Shown: positions 23,480-36,779 of the stretch, in pieces | Layout: every line of letters starts with the position of its first letter | How positions within the stretch are numbered: position 1 is the first letter of the stretch | Source: Octopus sinensis | Taxonomy: Eukaryota | Length of the DNA: 42,310 nt | Direction of reading: 5' to 3' | Assembly: GCF_006345805.1 (NCBI RefSeq) | Contig: NW_021831684.1 | Span: forward strand, 1 to 42,310 | Position numbers and translations under genes: made by a program | Notes under the pieces: generated by a model | What the model saw: the letters and a program-made list of their open reading frames with translations, nothing else | Databases searched by the model: none | What the model was told of the DNA's origin: nothing

Positions 23480-23485
<6 letters not shown>
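23246..23485 (+). mobile_element. Hammerhead hairpin element with one-sided tail (copy A)
   Basis: Palindrome 23246-23409 centred on 23328 plus tail 23410-23485. Confidence 0.85.
23339..23376 (+). ncRNA. Minimal type I hammerhead ribozyme
   Basis: Helix I CUGU/ACAG; CUGAUGA 23343-23349; helix II CG-GCAA-CG closed by A.A; GAAA 23360-23363; helix III ACU-CAG-AGU; GUA triplet 23370-23372. Confidence 0.75.
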
Positions 23486-23538
<53 letters not shown>

Positions 23539-23602
23539 TATATTATACATATATATATATATAGATAGATACATATACATATCATGTGTGTGGTGTGGTG
23601 TG

Positions 23603-23649
<47 letters not shown>

Positions 23650-23661
23650 TGCCAGAGTAAT

Positions 23662-23887
23662 CACAAAAATGCGAAAGAAGGTGGAAAAAATAGTATTCGA
23701 ATACCAGAGGTAGAGTAATATGCTTTATAAAAAGCAGCAAAAATATCACAAAATCTGTTACTCAGAGTTTCACGGTCCCGTTCGTCGGACACTTTTGTTT
23801 ATCATTCAAAATAAAACTGTCCAACGAATGGGAACGTGAAACTCTGAGTAACAGTTTTTGTGATATTTTTGCTGCTTTTTAATAAAG
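23662..23887 (-). mobile_element. Hammerhead hairpin element (copy B), opposite orientation, degenerate cores
   Basis: Hairpin 23723-23887 with cores CCGACGA and CCAACGA; tail 23662-23722 is the reverse complement of the copy A tail. Confidence 0.8.
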
Positions 23888-23907
23888 TATATATATATAT
23901 ATATAAA

Positions 23908-23943
<36 letters not shown>

Positions 23944-24003
23944 TGTATGTATGTATGTATGTATGTATGTATGTGTGTGTATGTATGTATGTATGTATGT
24001 ATG

Positions 24004-24034
<31 letters not shown>

Positions 24035-24120
24035 CAGCATTAGCATGAATATTTTGAACACAGAAGTGAGAGAAACTGGAAGAAATGAAAATATAATTTA
24101 AGTAAAGAACAAGTTTTATT

Positions 24121-24307
24121 AACTTCGCTTGATAACCGGTGTTCGTGTTCTTACGTCCCCGTAACTTGGCGGTTCGGGAAAAGAGACCGATAGAATAGTA
24201 CCAGGCTTTTAAAACATGTAATGACTGTATTTGTTTCGTTTGATTAAAATTCTTCAACGTAGTGTTCCAGAATGGCCGCTGTCTAATGACTGAAGCAAGT
24301 AAAAGAA
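24121..24307 (+). mobile_element. SINE family A 3' half
   Basis: cttacgtccccgtaacttggcggttcgggaaaagagaccgatagaat...aatgactgaagcaagtaaaaga. Confidence 0.75.
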
Positions 24308-24817
24308 TGGTGGTGGGGAGAGATGGTGGTAGGAGGAGATGATGGTAAATGCGATAGCCGTTATGATGGTGACAGTGTCAAAAGCATCGACGGTATTTGT
24401 TGAGAATTTGGTGGTAATATTAAGAAGAATAACACTGGGGTTATTAGATCACTGCAAGGGAGATATTTTATATCGTGACGATCAGCTTTTGGTCTGTGAT
24501 CCCAGGTCAGAGGTCATGCTACACTAAACGCTCCACGGGACCAATAGTCTGCAATCATTTATTTGAAGTCGTTTGATACAGATGATGTCATCTAGTTAGC
24601 GACAATTGTCAATGTACGGACACCCACGCAGTTTATAGCACACATACTCACACAAACATACAACTGTTTTCAGACACAGCTTTTCAAAGACAAACGTACA
24701 TACACATGCACACATACACGAATAAACACACACACACACACACACACACACATTCACACACACTCGCATGTATGAGTGTGTGTATGCGCGCACATATACA
24801 TAGATATGCATATACAG

Positions 24818-24852
<35 letters not shown>

Positions 24853-24927
24853 AATGAATACATGTTTCCATGTATATGCATACATGTGTATGTATATATC
24901 ATATATATGTATGTATGTATACATATA

Positions 24928-24982
<55 letters not shown>

Positions 24983-25039
24983 CTTTAAATATCTTTAAAT
25001 TGTTTCAGCTGCTGTCATACTGGAGCACCATCGTTGGCC

Positions 25040-25385
25040 GTGCTACAGCATTATTTGAAGCCTCCTCTGTCATGTGGCATTTGGTGAATGTGTTTCCTGG
25101 CGTGAGATAGGCTCATCTGGAACCCTTGACTGGAGATCCTGTTTTGTTATGATGACACCTACATCAACACTATGCACGTCTCTCAGGCATTTCGTAAGTA
25201 TATTAAAGAGCTGTGGGCCCTTGAAACTTAAGCTGTTGCAGTATCTGGTCTTCTATTTTGATGGCGATGTTGGGATCTTTGGCACTATGCAATGGCTCCC
25301 CTTTCTGCTGTTTATGTAACTTCCAATGCAAAACTTTGCTACAAGGCTTCCAGGATTTTTCAGATATATATCACAGCGTATCTTT
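25040..25385 (-). mobile_element. CR1-type LINE 3' relic
   Basis: Minus frame [47 protein letters not shown]...RVPDEP, same GP.LFN..P...PD.P pattern as 34126-34710. Confidence 0.75.
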
Positions 25386-26224
25386 CCCGCCTTCATATAT
25401 ATGTGTGTGCGTGTGTCTGTGTGTGTGTGTGTGTGTATGTACAAATATATATATATGAATATATACATATATATATATACATATACATACATGTATATGT
25501 ATATATATATATACAAACATATATACATATATACATATATGTACATATAAATACATATATATACATACATATATGTATATATATATATACATACATATAT
25601 GTATATATATATATACATACATATATATATTTATATATATATATACATATATAAACATGTATGTATATACATATATATACATATACATATATATCTATAA
25701 ATATTTATATTCATATATATGTATATGTGTTGTATATATATATATATATACATATACTTATGTATGTATATGCACACATTACACGCGCATATAGAGAGAG
25801 GGTGGGAGGGCCGAGGTGAGAGACATAAACTCATCCTGTATACGTACGCACTTACGCCTCTGTATATATGTGTGTGCGCGTGTGTGTGATTGCGTGTGTG
25901 TGCGTGTGCGTGTGTAAATCTTTGAATGTGTATAAAGAAAAAAACGTGATTGCGTGAGTATCCGCGCTTGTGTGTATGTGATTGCATGTGTGTATGTGTA
26001 TGTGTGAGTGCCGGTGTGAGTGAGAGAGAGAGAGAAAGAGTGTGTGTGTGTGTGTGTGTGGTGTGTGTGTTTATGTGTCTGTGAGTGATGCTGGAGAGCA
26101 TCCTTCATTAGAGTCATTTGATTCTTCATTAAAGAATTGTTGCATGTTTCTTTCTCTATAACAAGGCCAAGCTTAAACTCTTCGGTACCTACCACAATAA
26201 AAAATAAATCTCACGTAACAATGA

Positions 26225-26283
26225 TAGCAGCAGCAGTAGCAGGAGGTGGAAGAGGTGGAGCAGGAGGAGGTAGTAGTAGTAGT

Positions 26284-26347
<64 letters not shown>

Positions 26348-26660
26348 AGTAGTAGTAGTAGTAACGGTAGAGGCGGTGGTGACGGTGGCCCAGGCGGAGA
26401 CGCAGATGGGGGTGGAAATGGAGGCGGAGGTGGAAGTGGAGGTGGGGGGCATCAGCGGAGGCAGAGGCAGCGGCGGCGCAGGCGGAAGCCGTTGGCGCAG
26501 GCGGGGTCTGCGACACAGGCGGAGGCAGTAAGTAGAGCAGGCGAAGGCAACGACGCAGACGGCGGTGGCGCAGGTGAAAGTGGTGCAGGTGAAGTTGACG
26601 CAGATGAAAGCGGCGGCACAGGAGGAGACGGTGACAGAAGCAGCAGTGGTTGGGAAATTC
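26225..26660. repeat. (AGT/AGC)n plus GC-rich cryptic (GGN)n low-complexity tract
   Basis: Direct reading; long open frames on both strands. Confidence 0.75.
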
Positions 26661-27423
26661 ATTGGATGTGATTGACATGCAATATTTGGTAGTGCAGAGC
26701 TAAATATATAGTCGCGTTTTGTTTTTTGATATCATCTTGTGATTTTTGTGCTTTCATTTTGATTTTGAAAAGATGTCATTGATAAATAGTATTAATCTTT
26801 TCGTCTTTTGCAAACACAGCTTTGTGAATAGAAATTATGATTCCTGCCGCTCTTGTAGCGTTCAAGCTGAAAGCCAGACTTAATTATGAGGTGCTTAGCA
26901 GACCTTTCAATAATTTGTAAACTGCATAGAGACTTCGAGATTTTTTTTATTTGGAAAAAAATAAACTAAAGGATTAAAATTATAAGAGCGAAGAACAAAA
27001 CAGCGCATTTTTAAAATACTGTTTGGATTTGATACTTTGACGTGTTCGCCAAGAGTTGCTTTAATTATATAGAGACACATTGCTCACTCTAACCTGGCTC
27101 CTTTAAATATTAGGAAACGCGAACATGAGACCACCATTTTGTTTCTTCCTTCCATTTTTTTCTTTCTATATTTCTATATCTAATTTTATTTCAGGTTTCC
27201 TTTACTGACATAGAGTATGCTTTCGTTGTTTCAATGTAAATACTTTCTACTGAATTTTCTGCTCTCCCCTGCTTTATGTTTGTTCTGTGTTACTCTGACC
27301 TAAACGTTCTGGGCTGAAATATTTCTGGGAGAGAAGTGAGAATCGATAGAATAATTCAATAACGTTAGGCTTCCTTACTCATTTTCTTCCCCGGTAAAAC
27401 GGTAAAATATAATACAAACTTTT

Positions 27424-27460
<37 letters not shown>

Positions 27461-27599
27461 GAGCGATAGTAACGCAAGTTAAACACGCTTGGACTTGATA
27501 TACAAATTATACATACATATACATATGTATATAGGGATATATATGGAGAGAAACAAAAACTGGAAATATTCAGATGAACACTCGTGTGTAATCATATAA

Positions 27600-28190
27600 G
27601 GATTTATACATTTACAGGAAAAATTTACGCGAAGTACCAAAAATACAAGAAATTAAGGGAAGAAGGCATGGAATTTTAGGTCAGACAGCTGTTTCTAGGG
27701 GATTGGAATTACGTAATAGTTTTAACGTTGGCAGATGAATGTGCAAAAAGTCAACGATATGCAAACAGTACTCAATGCATATAAGCATTAGCGTAAAGTT
27801 GGTTTCCGCCTTCAGGGTGCAAAGTTTGCGACTAGCTTGTATAATGTATTATGAAATATAGACAGATGCCAAGTTTTTAGTGAGTTCGAGAAGATCAAAA
27901 TGCGTAAGACAGAACCAGGGAAGCTAGAGGCAGGTAAGGAGCTGTGCTACTATGTAGAAAATTAATAGTATGAAAGGTTATTAAACCAAATGATAAACCT
28001 GTGATAGTCGAGTATGGGTATTTAATAGAAGAGTGGTGTGATCCTCCTGAATTTTAGAAGATACTTGTCAATGTGAAGGCAATTTGTAAAGAACTCTGAT
28101 CCTGCATTTAGATAATTTACAGAATTGTTGGAGTCACTCAGTATGGAGCTTTTCGAAGTTATTACAATTTTCAAAGTCAGCACTGCTCTT
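27600..28190 (-). mobile_element. Penelope-like element 3' relic (GIY-YIG C-terminus plus hammerhead half)
   Basis: Minus frames give C..FEKLH and, after a frameshift, ILSDSNNSVNYLNAGSEFFTNCLHIDKYLLKFRR (stop at 28022-28024), resembling the EKL.IL...LN.RSE..C.H..KYLL terminus of PLE endonucleases; GAAACAGCUGUC-UGACC at 27695-27679. Confidence 0.55.
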
Positions 28191-28237
28191 TCTCCCATCT
28201 TTCTGTATCTATTTATCTATCTATATTTCTATCTATC

Positions 28238-28310
<73 letters not shown>

Positions 28311-28313
<3 letters not shown>

Positions 28314-28702
28314 AGTGGTTGTGTAGTAAGTAGCTTGCTTACAAACCACATAGTTCCGGGTTCAGTCCCACTGCGTGGCACTTTGGACAAGTGTCTTCTA
28401 TAGCCTCGGGCCGACCAAAGCCTTGTGAGTGGATTTGGTAGATGGAAACTGAAAGAAGCCCGTCGTATATATGTATATATATATATATATATATGTTTGT
28501 GTGTCTGTGTTTGTCCCCCCCCCCAACATCGCTTGACAACCGATGCTGGTGTGTTTACATCCCCGTAACTTACCGGTTCGGCAAAAGAGACCGATAGAAT
28601 AAGTACTAAGCTTACAAAGAATAAGTCCTGAGGTCGATTTACTTGGCTAAAGGCGGTGATCCAGCATGGCCGCAGTCAAATGACTGAAATAAGTAAAAGA
28701 GT
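28311..28702 (+). mobile_element. SINE family A, full length
   Basis: Complete head, internal microsatellite and tail. Confidence 0.9.
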
Positions 28703-29400
28703 AAAGAGTACATATGAGTATGCGTGCTTATGTGTGCGCATGTTGACGTCTTCGACGTGATATTTGTCTTAGGTTTTGTCAGTGCCGTCATCATAATAAT
28801 TTTTATGTGTGTTGAGCTAATTGTTTTGGTTGTTGTTGGTTTGTTGCCATTCTTATATAGATTATTTACGTCTGTGCCTGTGATTTGTTTCGTAAAAACA
28901 AAGATGAGGTTTGAAACAATTGTGCATCTCCTGGCGCTATGGAACAGGAATTCGACTATTTATTGTATTATTTTAATGAGAACTTGTGTAAACGTCTGGT
29001 GCAGCTGGCTCAGAATGTCTCTCTAATATTTTCATTTCTCATTTGCGCAAAACCAGTTGACCTTCCAGATATTTATTGATATCAATAGAAATCTAGGAAT
29101 TATAAAATTCAATTATCAACATATTCAAGCATTCTGGGGTTTAGAGAAATACACAATGAATTTAAAGAAGACATATTCATAAAAATCAAATGTAAGGAAG
29201 TAATTTTTGTTTGTTTATATTGCTGTCATAAAATGCTCCGTGCAAGAGATATTGCTCTGTAAATGCTGGTTGACTGGGTGGGGGAGAAGGGGAAGAGAAA
29301 GAAGAAGCAATTCTGTTGGTGTCTTTATCAACAGACTGTCTACAGATTTTGAATTCAAAAATAATAGAATTATTGAATAGTCAGCTAGCAAGACAGGGAA

Positions 29401-29451
<51 letters not shown>

Positions 29452-29607
29452 GACAGACACAGAGACAGAGACAGAAAGAGCGAGGGGGAGCGATGTTGAG
29501 AAAGGCGAAGCCTCCTTTATTGCTGTGTTGTTTGATTGCTGTTATTTAACCCCGGGTTAAGCCGGCGAGTGGTAGAATCGTTATTATGCCGGGCGAAATG
29601 CTGAGCA

Positions 29608-29664
<57 letters not shown>

Positions 29665-29680
29665 ATATAGAGAGAGAGAG

Positions 29681-29716
<36 letters not shown>

Positions 29717-29722
29717 ATAGAT

Positions 29723-29789
<67 letters not shown>

Positions 29790-29790
<1 letters not shown>

Positions 29791-29934
29791 TGTTTCTTTG
29801 TTAGCCACACAGGGCTGCACACAGACGGGACAAATTACAAGGTAGAGCTTTTGTTTTTGGGGATAAAAAAGGGGTTTGGGTTTTCGATCAAAAGGGATCG
29901 TAAAAGGAAAGAAAGAGGAAAGCAAAAAAGGGGG
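29790..29934 (-). mobile_element. Probable LINE 3' terminus embedded in (GATA)n
   Basis: Minus strand ends ...aatttgtcccgtctgtgtgcagccctgtgtggctaacaaagaaacat(atct)n; clade not determinable. Confidence 0.5.
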
Positions 29935-30024
<90 letters not shown>

Positions 30025-30272
30025 TTTTCGAGATGGGAAATAAGTAAGTAAATATAACTTTACTTTAATCTCGAAACGCGTATGTAGCTAATCTGAGTCG
30101 TGTGGATTCATTATTTTTTTCTTTTTGCCTACGTAAAAAAGTGTATTACTATCTCGGAGATCTTTGTAGTAGTAGTAGAAAAGGCATTTAGCTCCTATTT
30201 CTAAATCAGTACATGGCGAAGCAATTAGCTGACCCTTGATTGTAATTATATATAATATATATATTATACAAC

Positions 30273-30833
30273 TGGCTTCTTTCAGTTTCCGTCCACCAGA
30301 TCCACTTACATGGCTTTGGCTGACCCGACCCTATAGTAGAAGGCACTTGCCGAAAGTGCCATACAATAGAGCTGAAGTATGTGGTTGGGAAGCAAGCGCC
30401 TTAGCCACGCCTGCGTATATGTGTTTTTTTCAAATATGGATTTTAAAACTTGTAGACGAGAAGTAAAATTGAAGTAGGTTCTTATCGCCCAAAATATACT
30501 AATTCTATATTTTTCTCTTACTGTGGATTTTACGACGTGTTGTTGTTACTGTGCTTGCTTGTGGTATGGCTGAGAAAATGAATCGAAGTCAGAAGATTGT
30601 ATTTGGTTAATCGTACATGTTCAACCTTAGTTTATCTTTCATTTTTTACTTACTTCGGCCATTTGAATGGAGCCATGCTGGAGCCCCGTCTTCAAGGGTT
30701 TTAGTCAAACCAATCGACTCCTGGACTTATCTTTCCTTTTTTTTTTTCTTAACTTCTGGTACTTATTCTATCGGTTTCTTTTGCCGAAGTCACTAAGTTA
30801 TGGGGATGTAAACTAACCAAACTGCGTCAAGCG
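30273..30833 (-). mobile_element. SINE family A fragments (head 30273-30416, tail 30635-30833)
   Basis: Degenerate reverse-complement matches to family A. Confidence 0.65.
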
Positions 30834-30838
30834 GGGGC

Positions 30839-30874
30839 GTTCAGATAAAGGTTCAGATAAAGGTTCAGATAAAG
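30839..30874 (+). repeat. 12 bp tandem repeat (GTTCAGATAAAG)x3
   Basis: Three exact copies. Confidence 0.9.
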
Positions 30875-31409
30875 GTTATAAACCTCATAAGAGGATAATA
30901 AAATCCAATGAAAATACTGGTTAGCTACCAAATCATGGAAAGTTCAGCTATAAGGTAACTATAAGAGAACCATATTAACCGTGGTTCATATATTTATATA
31001 TTTAAAGAACAAGGAGAAAATGAAGAGGTAATTGATAAAATATTATTTATTAATTATAAAATATGACATATTTTATAATTATATATATACACACACACAC
31101 ATGCACATACATACATATTCAAAGAGCTTTTTTCTGTTGCCGTCTCACAAGGCTTTGGTCAACCCACTGCGTGGCACTTTACCCAAAGTGTCACACGATG
31201 GGAATAAACTCGAAGCCATGGGGTTGGGAAGCAAGATTCTTACCACACATAGATGGAATAACATTATTATGTACTATTTTTAGCGGCATATCGTCTTTCT
31301 TTATTATCTGAGCCCCAAAGTCAGAGAAGCTCAGGAAGAAATATTGAGGGATATTTGGGTATGACTACAATTTCTAGTAGACTGAACGAAAATAGTAAAA
31401 GGCTCCCTT

Positions 31410-31577
31410 AGTGGCTGTGTTGTAAGAAACTTGCTTCCCAAACACATGGTTCCGAGTTCAGTCCCATTACGTGGCACCTTAGGCAAGTGTCTTCTACTAT
31501 AGCCTCGGGCCGACCAAAGATTTTGTGAGTGGATTTGGTAGACGGAAATTGGAAGAAGCCCGCAGTGTATATATATA

Positions 31578-31618
<41 letters not shown>

Positions 31619-31646
31619 TATGTATGTATATATATATGTATGTATG

Positions 31647-31678
<32 letters not shown>

Positions 31679-31938
31679 AATATATATATATATATATTAT
31701 ATATTATATATATATATATGCATATATTTCGTGTGTGTCTGTGTTTGTCCCCCTCTATCGCTTGACAACCGATGTTGTTGTGTTTACGTCCCCGTAACGT
31801 AGCGGTTCAGCAAAAGAGACCGATATAATAAGTACTAGGCCTGCAACGAATAAGTCCTGGGGTCGATTTTTCGACTAAAGGCGGTGCTCCAGCATGGCCG
31901 CAGTCAAATAACTAAAACGAGGAAAAGAATAAAAGAAT
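31410..31938 (+). mobile_element. SINE family A with expanded internal (TA)n
   Basis: Complete head and tail separated by a TA-rich tract of about 170 bp. Confidence 0.88.
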
Positions 31939-31947
31939 ACGTACATA

Positions 31948-32022
<75 letters not shown>

Positions 32023-32124
32023 GTAAATATATTCATATGTGTGTGTGAGTGTGTATTTACATATGTATGAATACATATAAGGCTATGAACGCACGTTCAC
32101 ACACACACTGATGCACACACGCAT

Positions 32125-32173
<49 letters not shown>

Positions 32174-32933
32174 CGTGCATATGACATATTCACAAGCACG
32201 TATACTGACATATATACATACATATATGTATGTATCTATGTATATATTTATATCGCTACAATTGAAAATATCTTCAATCAATAGAGTTCAATATATGTTT
32301 AGTATGAATATTTAATCTCCATTTCTCTAAAATATATTTCTCCCACCTGTCTTTCTACATCTTAAGTATTATACTTTCCACCTGTGTTTTAAACTTCCTC
32401 CAAATTTTCAGATCGTTTCTTGAAAAAGAATAAAGAGAGAACAAGCAATCTCCGGAAACGAATTCTGGCTCTTAAGCTGTCACTTAAATCGCCTGTTTTA
32501 GCATTTTCTTTTGCCTTTCCGGTAAAACGGAGAATCGAATAGAAAGATAGAGTAACTGTAAGAAAAAAAAAATTATCAAATGATGAACAGAGAAAGAGAA
32601 ACACGTTTAGATCACAAACAACTTTGCCCTCGTTTTCCTTCTGGAAAAATCCAAAATCCAAGATATTTTCTCCAAATAGGTTTCTTCAACGACAGAGAAG
32701 TTTAATATCATAGGTGGTTGTTTGGTGGTGAAATGGCTAAGTCTCGTAAGAACTAAGCGCACGAGATAACGAGATGTACAGCAATGACCCGCTCTAATGG
32801 CAGTGTTTTTATTTAACAAGATAATAACTGCCAGTAATCTAAACCTAAACCAAAATTGCTTTGTAAAATATAGGCAATATAACGAAAGGCTGCTTCGTGC
32901 TCATATGTATGTGTGTGTGCGTGTGTGTGTGTG

Positions 32934-32965
<32 letters not shown>

Positions 32966-34030
32966 CATGCGTGTGTGTGTGTGTATGTGTGTATGCATGT
33001 AAATATAATTATATCTGTATGTGTATGTACGTGTGTTGTACATGTTGCATGTTTATAGGTGCAAAAATATATAAATATGCTTGTATATATGTATATATAT
33101 TATATATATATATACATACATACATACATAAACATGTATGTATATATGCACACATATATATATGTATGTATGTATATATATACATACATACATACATATA
33201 TATATGGATGTATACACACACTCACACACATACGCATGCATATATATATATATATAATCGGTACATTATTGTATATCATTTATTTATCCGCACTTGCCAC
33301 TAAACATAAGTTTGTGGGTGTGTGTATGTGTGTGTGTGTTTGTGTGTGTGTATGTACCTGGGTGTGTGTATATTGTTGTGCATAAAGAACTAATGCCATT
33401 TATGTTTATACAAAAACAAGAATAGAGATCTGTGCTATGCCTACACAATATTAGTTCCAAAGCAAGCTGTAGAAAACAGACGATAAAAAGAGGTGATTCT
33501 CTTTTTTATGTATATATACATATAAAATACAAGATAACACAAGCCCAATTTGCTACGTAAATTATTGAAATCCAATATCATTTTCTTTGTTGCTTGACAT
33601 TAAGACGATGAGGTAACCATATGAAGAGAGCATCGGGCAACATACTTAGAATCATTCAGCATAGATAGGACGAGAGTGCTTTGAATATTTTGTTATGCTG
33701 TTTACGTTCTGCGTTCAAATGCCGCTATACCTCGTAGGAATGATTACTTTACATATCGTTCTCCTGAAGTCGCTGAAATATGTAACAAGCCTATGCTGGA
33801 GTCAATTTGATCACCTATGTTGTCCCCAACATATTTGTGACTCTAGCCGTGTATTAGAGAGGATATAGTTACATAATTATTGTACATATGTTTCTATTAT
33901 AGATATTTATAAAATAAATAACCGTCATTTCATCGGCAACTGAATTCTAAATGTTTGTATCCTTAAGCATTCTGTTACATATCCCATCGAAAGTAAATCT
34001 ACGATAGATAGATAGATAGATAGATAGATA

Positions 34031-35670
34031 AAACTTAGATAAAACTTAGATATGTTTCGACCAGAGATTGGTCCAGGCCATGTCTAACTTAATAGCACCA
34101 CCTGATAGGATTATTCGAATCCTGTTTAAGTCAAGTTTTGTTCAAGTAGTGAGTTCTTGTTGGGTGAGTTGTATCCAATTATGGGTGGCTTGTCTGGTAT
34201 TCTTTGAAGGAATCTATCCAGACTCTGTTTGAAGTTGATGGGATCCTTTTCCTCTTTGATCTCCCTCGGGACAATGTTAAATAGGGCAGGGCCTGTTGAG
34301 GAAAAGAAATTATGTTGCAGTGTACATGTATGTTGTGATCTTGAATTTGGCAGGGGACGTATAGCCCGTGGTCCAAGTCTCGGATGGACCTTGAAGCTAA
34401 TGTTTAGGCCGTTTGGGCAAAGTTGGTGGTATATTTTCCACATCGTACAAATGATGTACCGCTCACGGCGACGCTGGAGGGAGTAAAGTTTCAAGGCTTT
34501 AAGGCGATCCCAATAGTCGAGAGCAGCCATGCCTTCAATTTGTTTAGTGAGAGCCCTCTGGGGTGACTCAATTCTGGAGATGTTTTGTCTTGTGTGAGGA
34601 GACCACAGTGGGCAGCAGTATTCAAGGTGTGGCCGTACAAAGGATGAAAAAAGTGGTATGATGACACCTTGTTCTCTGGACCGGAAAGTTCTTAAGATCC
34701 AGGAACTCATCCTACGAGCTGTATCGACCTTCTTGTTGATGTGTGCGCTCCAACTGAGATCGTCATCAACAATACACCCAGGTCTCTGATATTGTTAGAG
34801 GCTGTGAGCGGTTCCCCTGAAGGAAGAGAGTATGGTTGTTTTAGTGAGGAATTTCTTCCAAAATGCATCAGCTCAAATTTTCCTCATTCAGTTGCATTTT
34901 GTTCTGTCTGCCCATTGACTCACAGCATATAGGTCAGACTGGAGTTGAGTTCGGTCTGCTTCTTCATTGACGATTTGCTGGAGCTTAGTGTCATCAGCGA
35001 ATATTTTCACTTTGCAGTGATGTACGACACTGGAAAGGTCGTTTACATAATTATGAAGAGTAGCGGACCCGAAACAGTTCCTGGGGAACACCGCTGGTGA
35101 CTTTTGCTGGGTTTGAGTGGACTCCATCAACTACAACATGTGTGTTCTATTCGCTAGGAAATACTGAATCCAGTGTAGAACTTTTCCACGGATTCCAAAA
35201 TTTGCCAATTTTGAGAGTAGGATCTTATGGTCTACCCTGTCGAACGCTTTACTGAAGTCAAGGTATATGACGTCAGAGTTCGAACCTGTTCCCAAGGTTT
35301 GAGTACATCTTCAATGTGGTGTAAGAGCTGTGTTAGACAGTCCCTGCCACAGCGAAAGCCATGTTGATTTGAATTTAGGAGTTTGTGGGTCTCCAGGAAG
35401 TCAGCTATCCTTGATCTTAACACTCTTTCAAACACTTTAATGATGTGGGAGGTGAGTGAGATTGGGCGATAGTTGACTGCGAGGGATCTGTTTCCCTGTT
35501 TGAAAACCGGGATGACCGACTGGGATAGAAACTTTTTCGGTATATAACCTGCGTCTAACGAGTTTCTCCAGAGGTTGGTCAGAGGGACTGCAAGTTGATA
35601 TCTACATTCCTTCAGGAGACTGGCGGGAAATCTATCAGGGCCTACAGCGGAGTAATGTTTGACCTCACTT

Positions 35671-35672
<2 letters not shown>
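34031..35672 (-). mobile_element. CR1-type LINE, 5'-truncated, frameshifted reverse transcriptase
   Basis: NYRPISLTSHIIKVFE, QHGFR, YLDFSKAFDRVDH, SGVPQ, IFADDTKL, VRPHLEYCCPLWSP across shifted frames; (GATA)n both sides. Confidence 0.95.
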
Positions 35673-35746
<74 letters not shown>

Positions 35747-35795
35747 TCGATAGATAGATTGATAGATGGATAAATGGATGGATATATATTTATTA

Positions 35796-35826
<31 letters not shown>

Positions 35827-36779
35827 ATTATATTATATATTTTATATTATATTTTATTATATTATATTATATTATATTATACATATCTGCTACAATTATT
35901 TAGGAATTCTGCAGTTTAATGTTAAAATAGTTTTATTATAAACTTACGTAAAACCAAGCAAACATATATACGTACGTATACAGACATAAATATCCAAAAT
36001 AATGCGGCGTGCATGCGTGAATGCATACATGTGTGTGTATATGCGTCCTAAAGTTTCGCGTGCTTCTAACAGAAACTCGATGCATTCAGGCTTAGATTAT
36101 CGAATCTCTAAATACACTGTGACGGTGGCTAAACGTCTGTACGATCACACGACCTAGGATAGACTAGCCTTCGCTACATATACATATATACTTACATACA
36201 TACATGTATAAGGAATAAGGAATGTTTGTGCTTGAATGTATGTATGGACTATTGGAGATCTGGGTTATGATTGACAAGGAACATACAATAATGACTTTTA
36301 AAGAATCGTATTCGAACAGTATTGGCGGAATCACTCAGTGTCATGCAGATTGGGGAAAACGCGTGCTGGGATTATATTTTCTTGTCGCGTTTGTATATTG
36401 TTTAAAAGGATTGCCGAACATGATGAGGTGGAAAAGGAGAAAAGTTTAAGTGGCTTGTGTTTATTATTAATTGTCTGCGGCGAATCATAATTGACAATTA
36501 ATTAGTTCTATTGATTATTATTTCATACAAGAAGGATCACATTTAGTGAAAATACATTGCATGTCATTAGCATTAAAAATACAGAAATGACCACTTTGAA
36601 TCTATTGAATATTTTTTTCTTTTTATATTATGGGTATAGAAGAGGAGACTATAGATAATCGATTGATATGAGTCATGACAGTGAGTAGCAGTGAGGTCCC
36701 GCTGGAATTAAGAAATTTCAGCTTCTGGTAAAATTCTACACGTCCTAATTTATGCCTTCTTTTTACCCATTTGTAAACA

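Noticed and set aside
26189-26678. Gly/Ser/Ala-rich ORFs resembling structural proteins
   Set aside because: Cryptic (GGN)/(AGY) repeat, open in several frames, no splice sites or unique domain
32412-32542. Plus-strand exon candidate RFLKKNKERTSNLRKRILALK...; minus ORFs 32389-32819
   Set aside because: Short, no recognisable homology, conflicting strands
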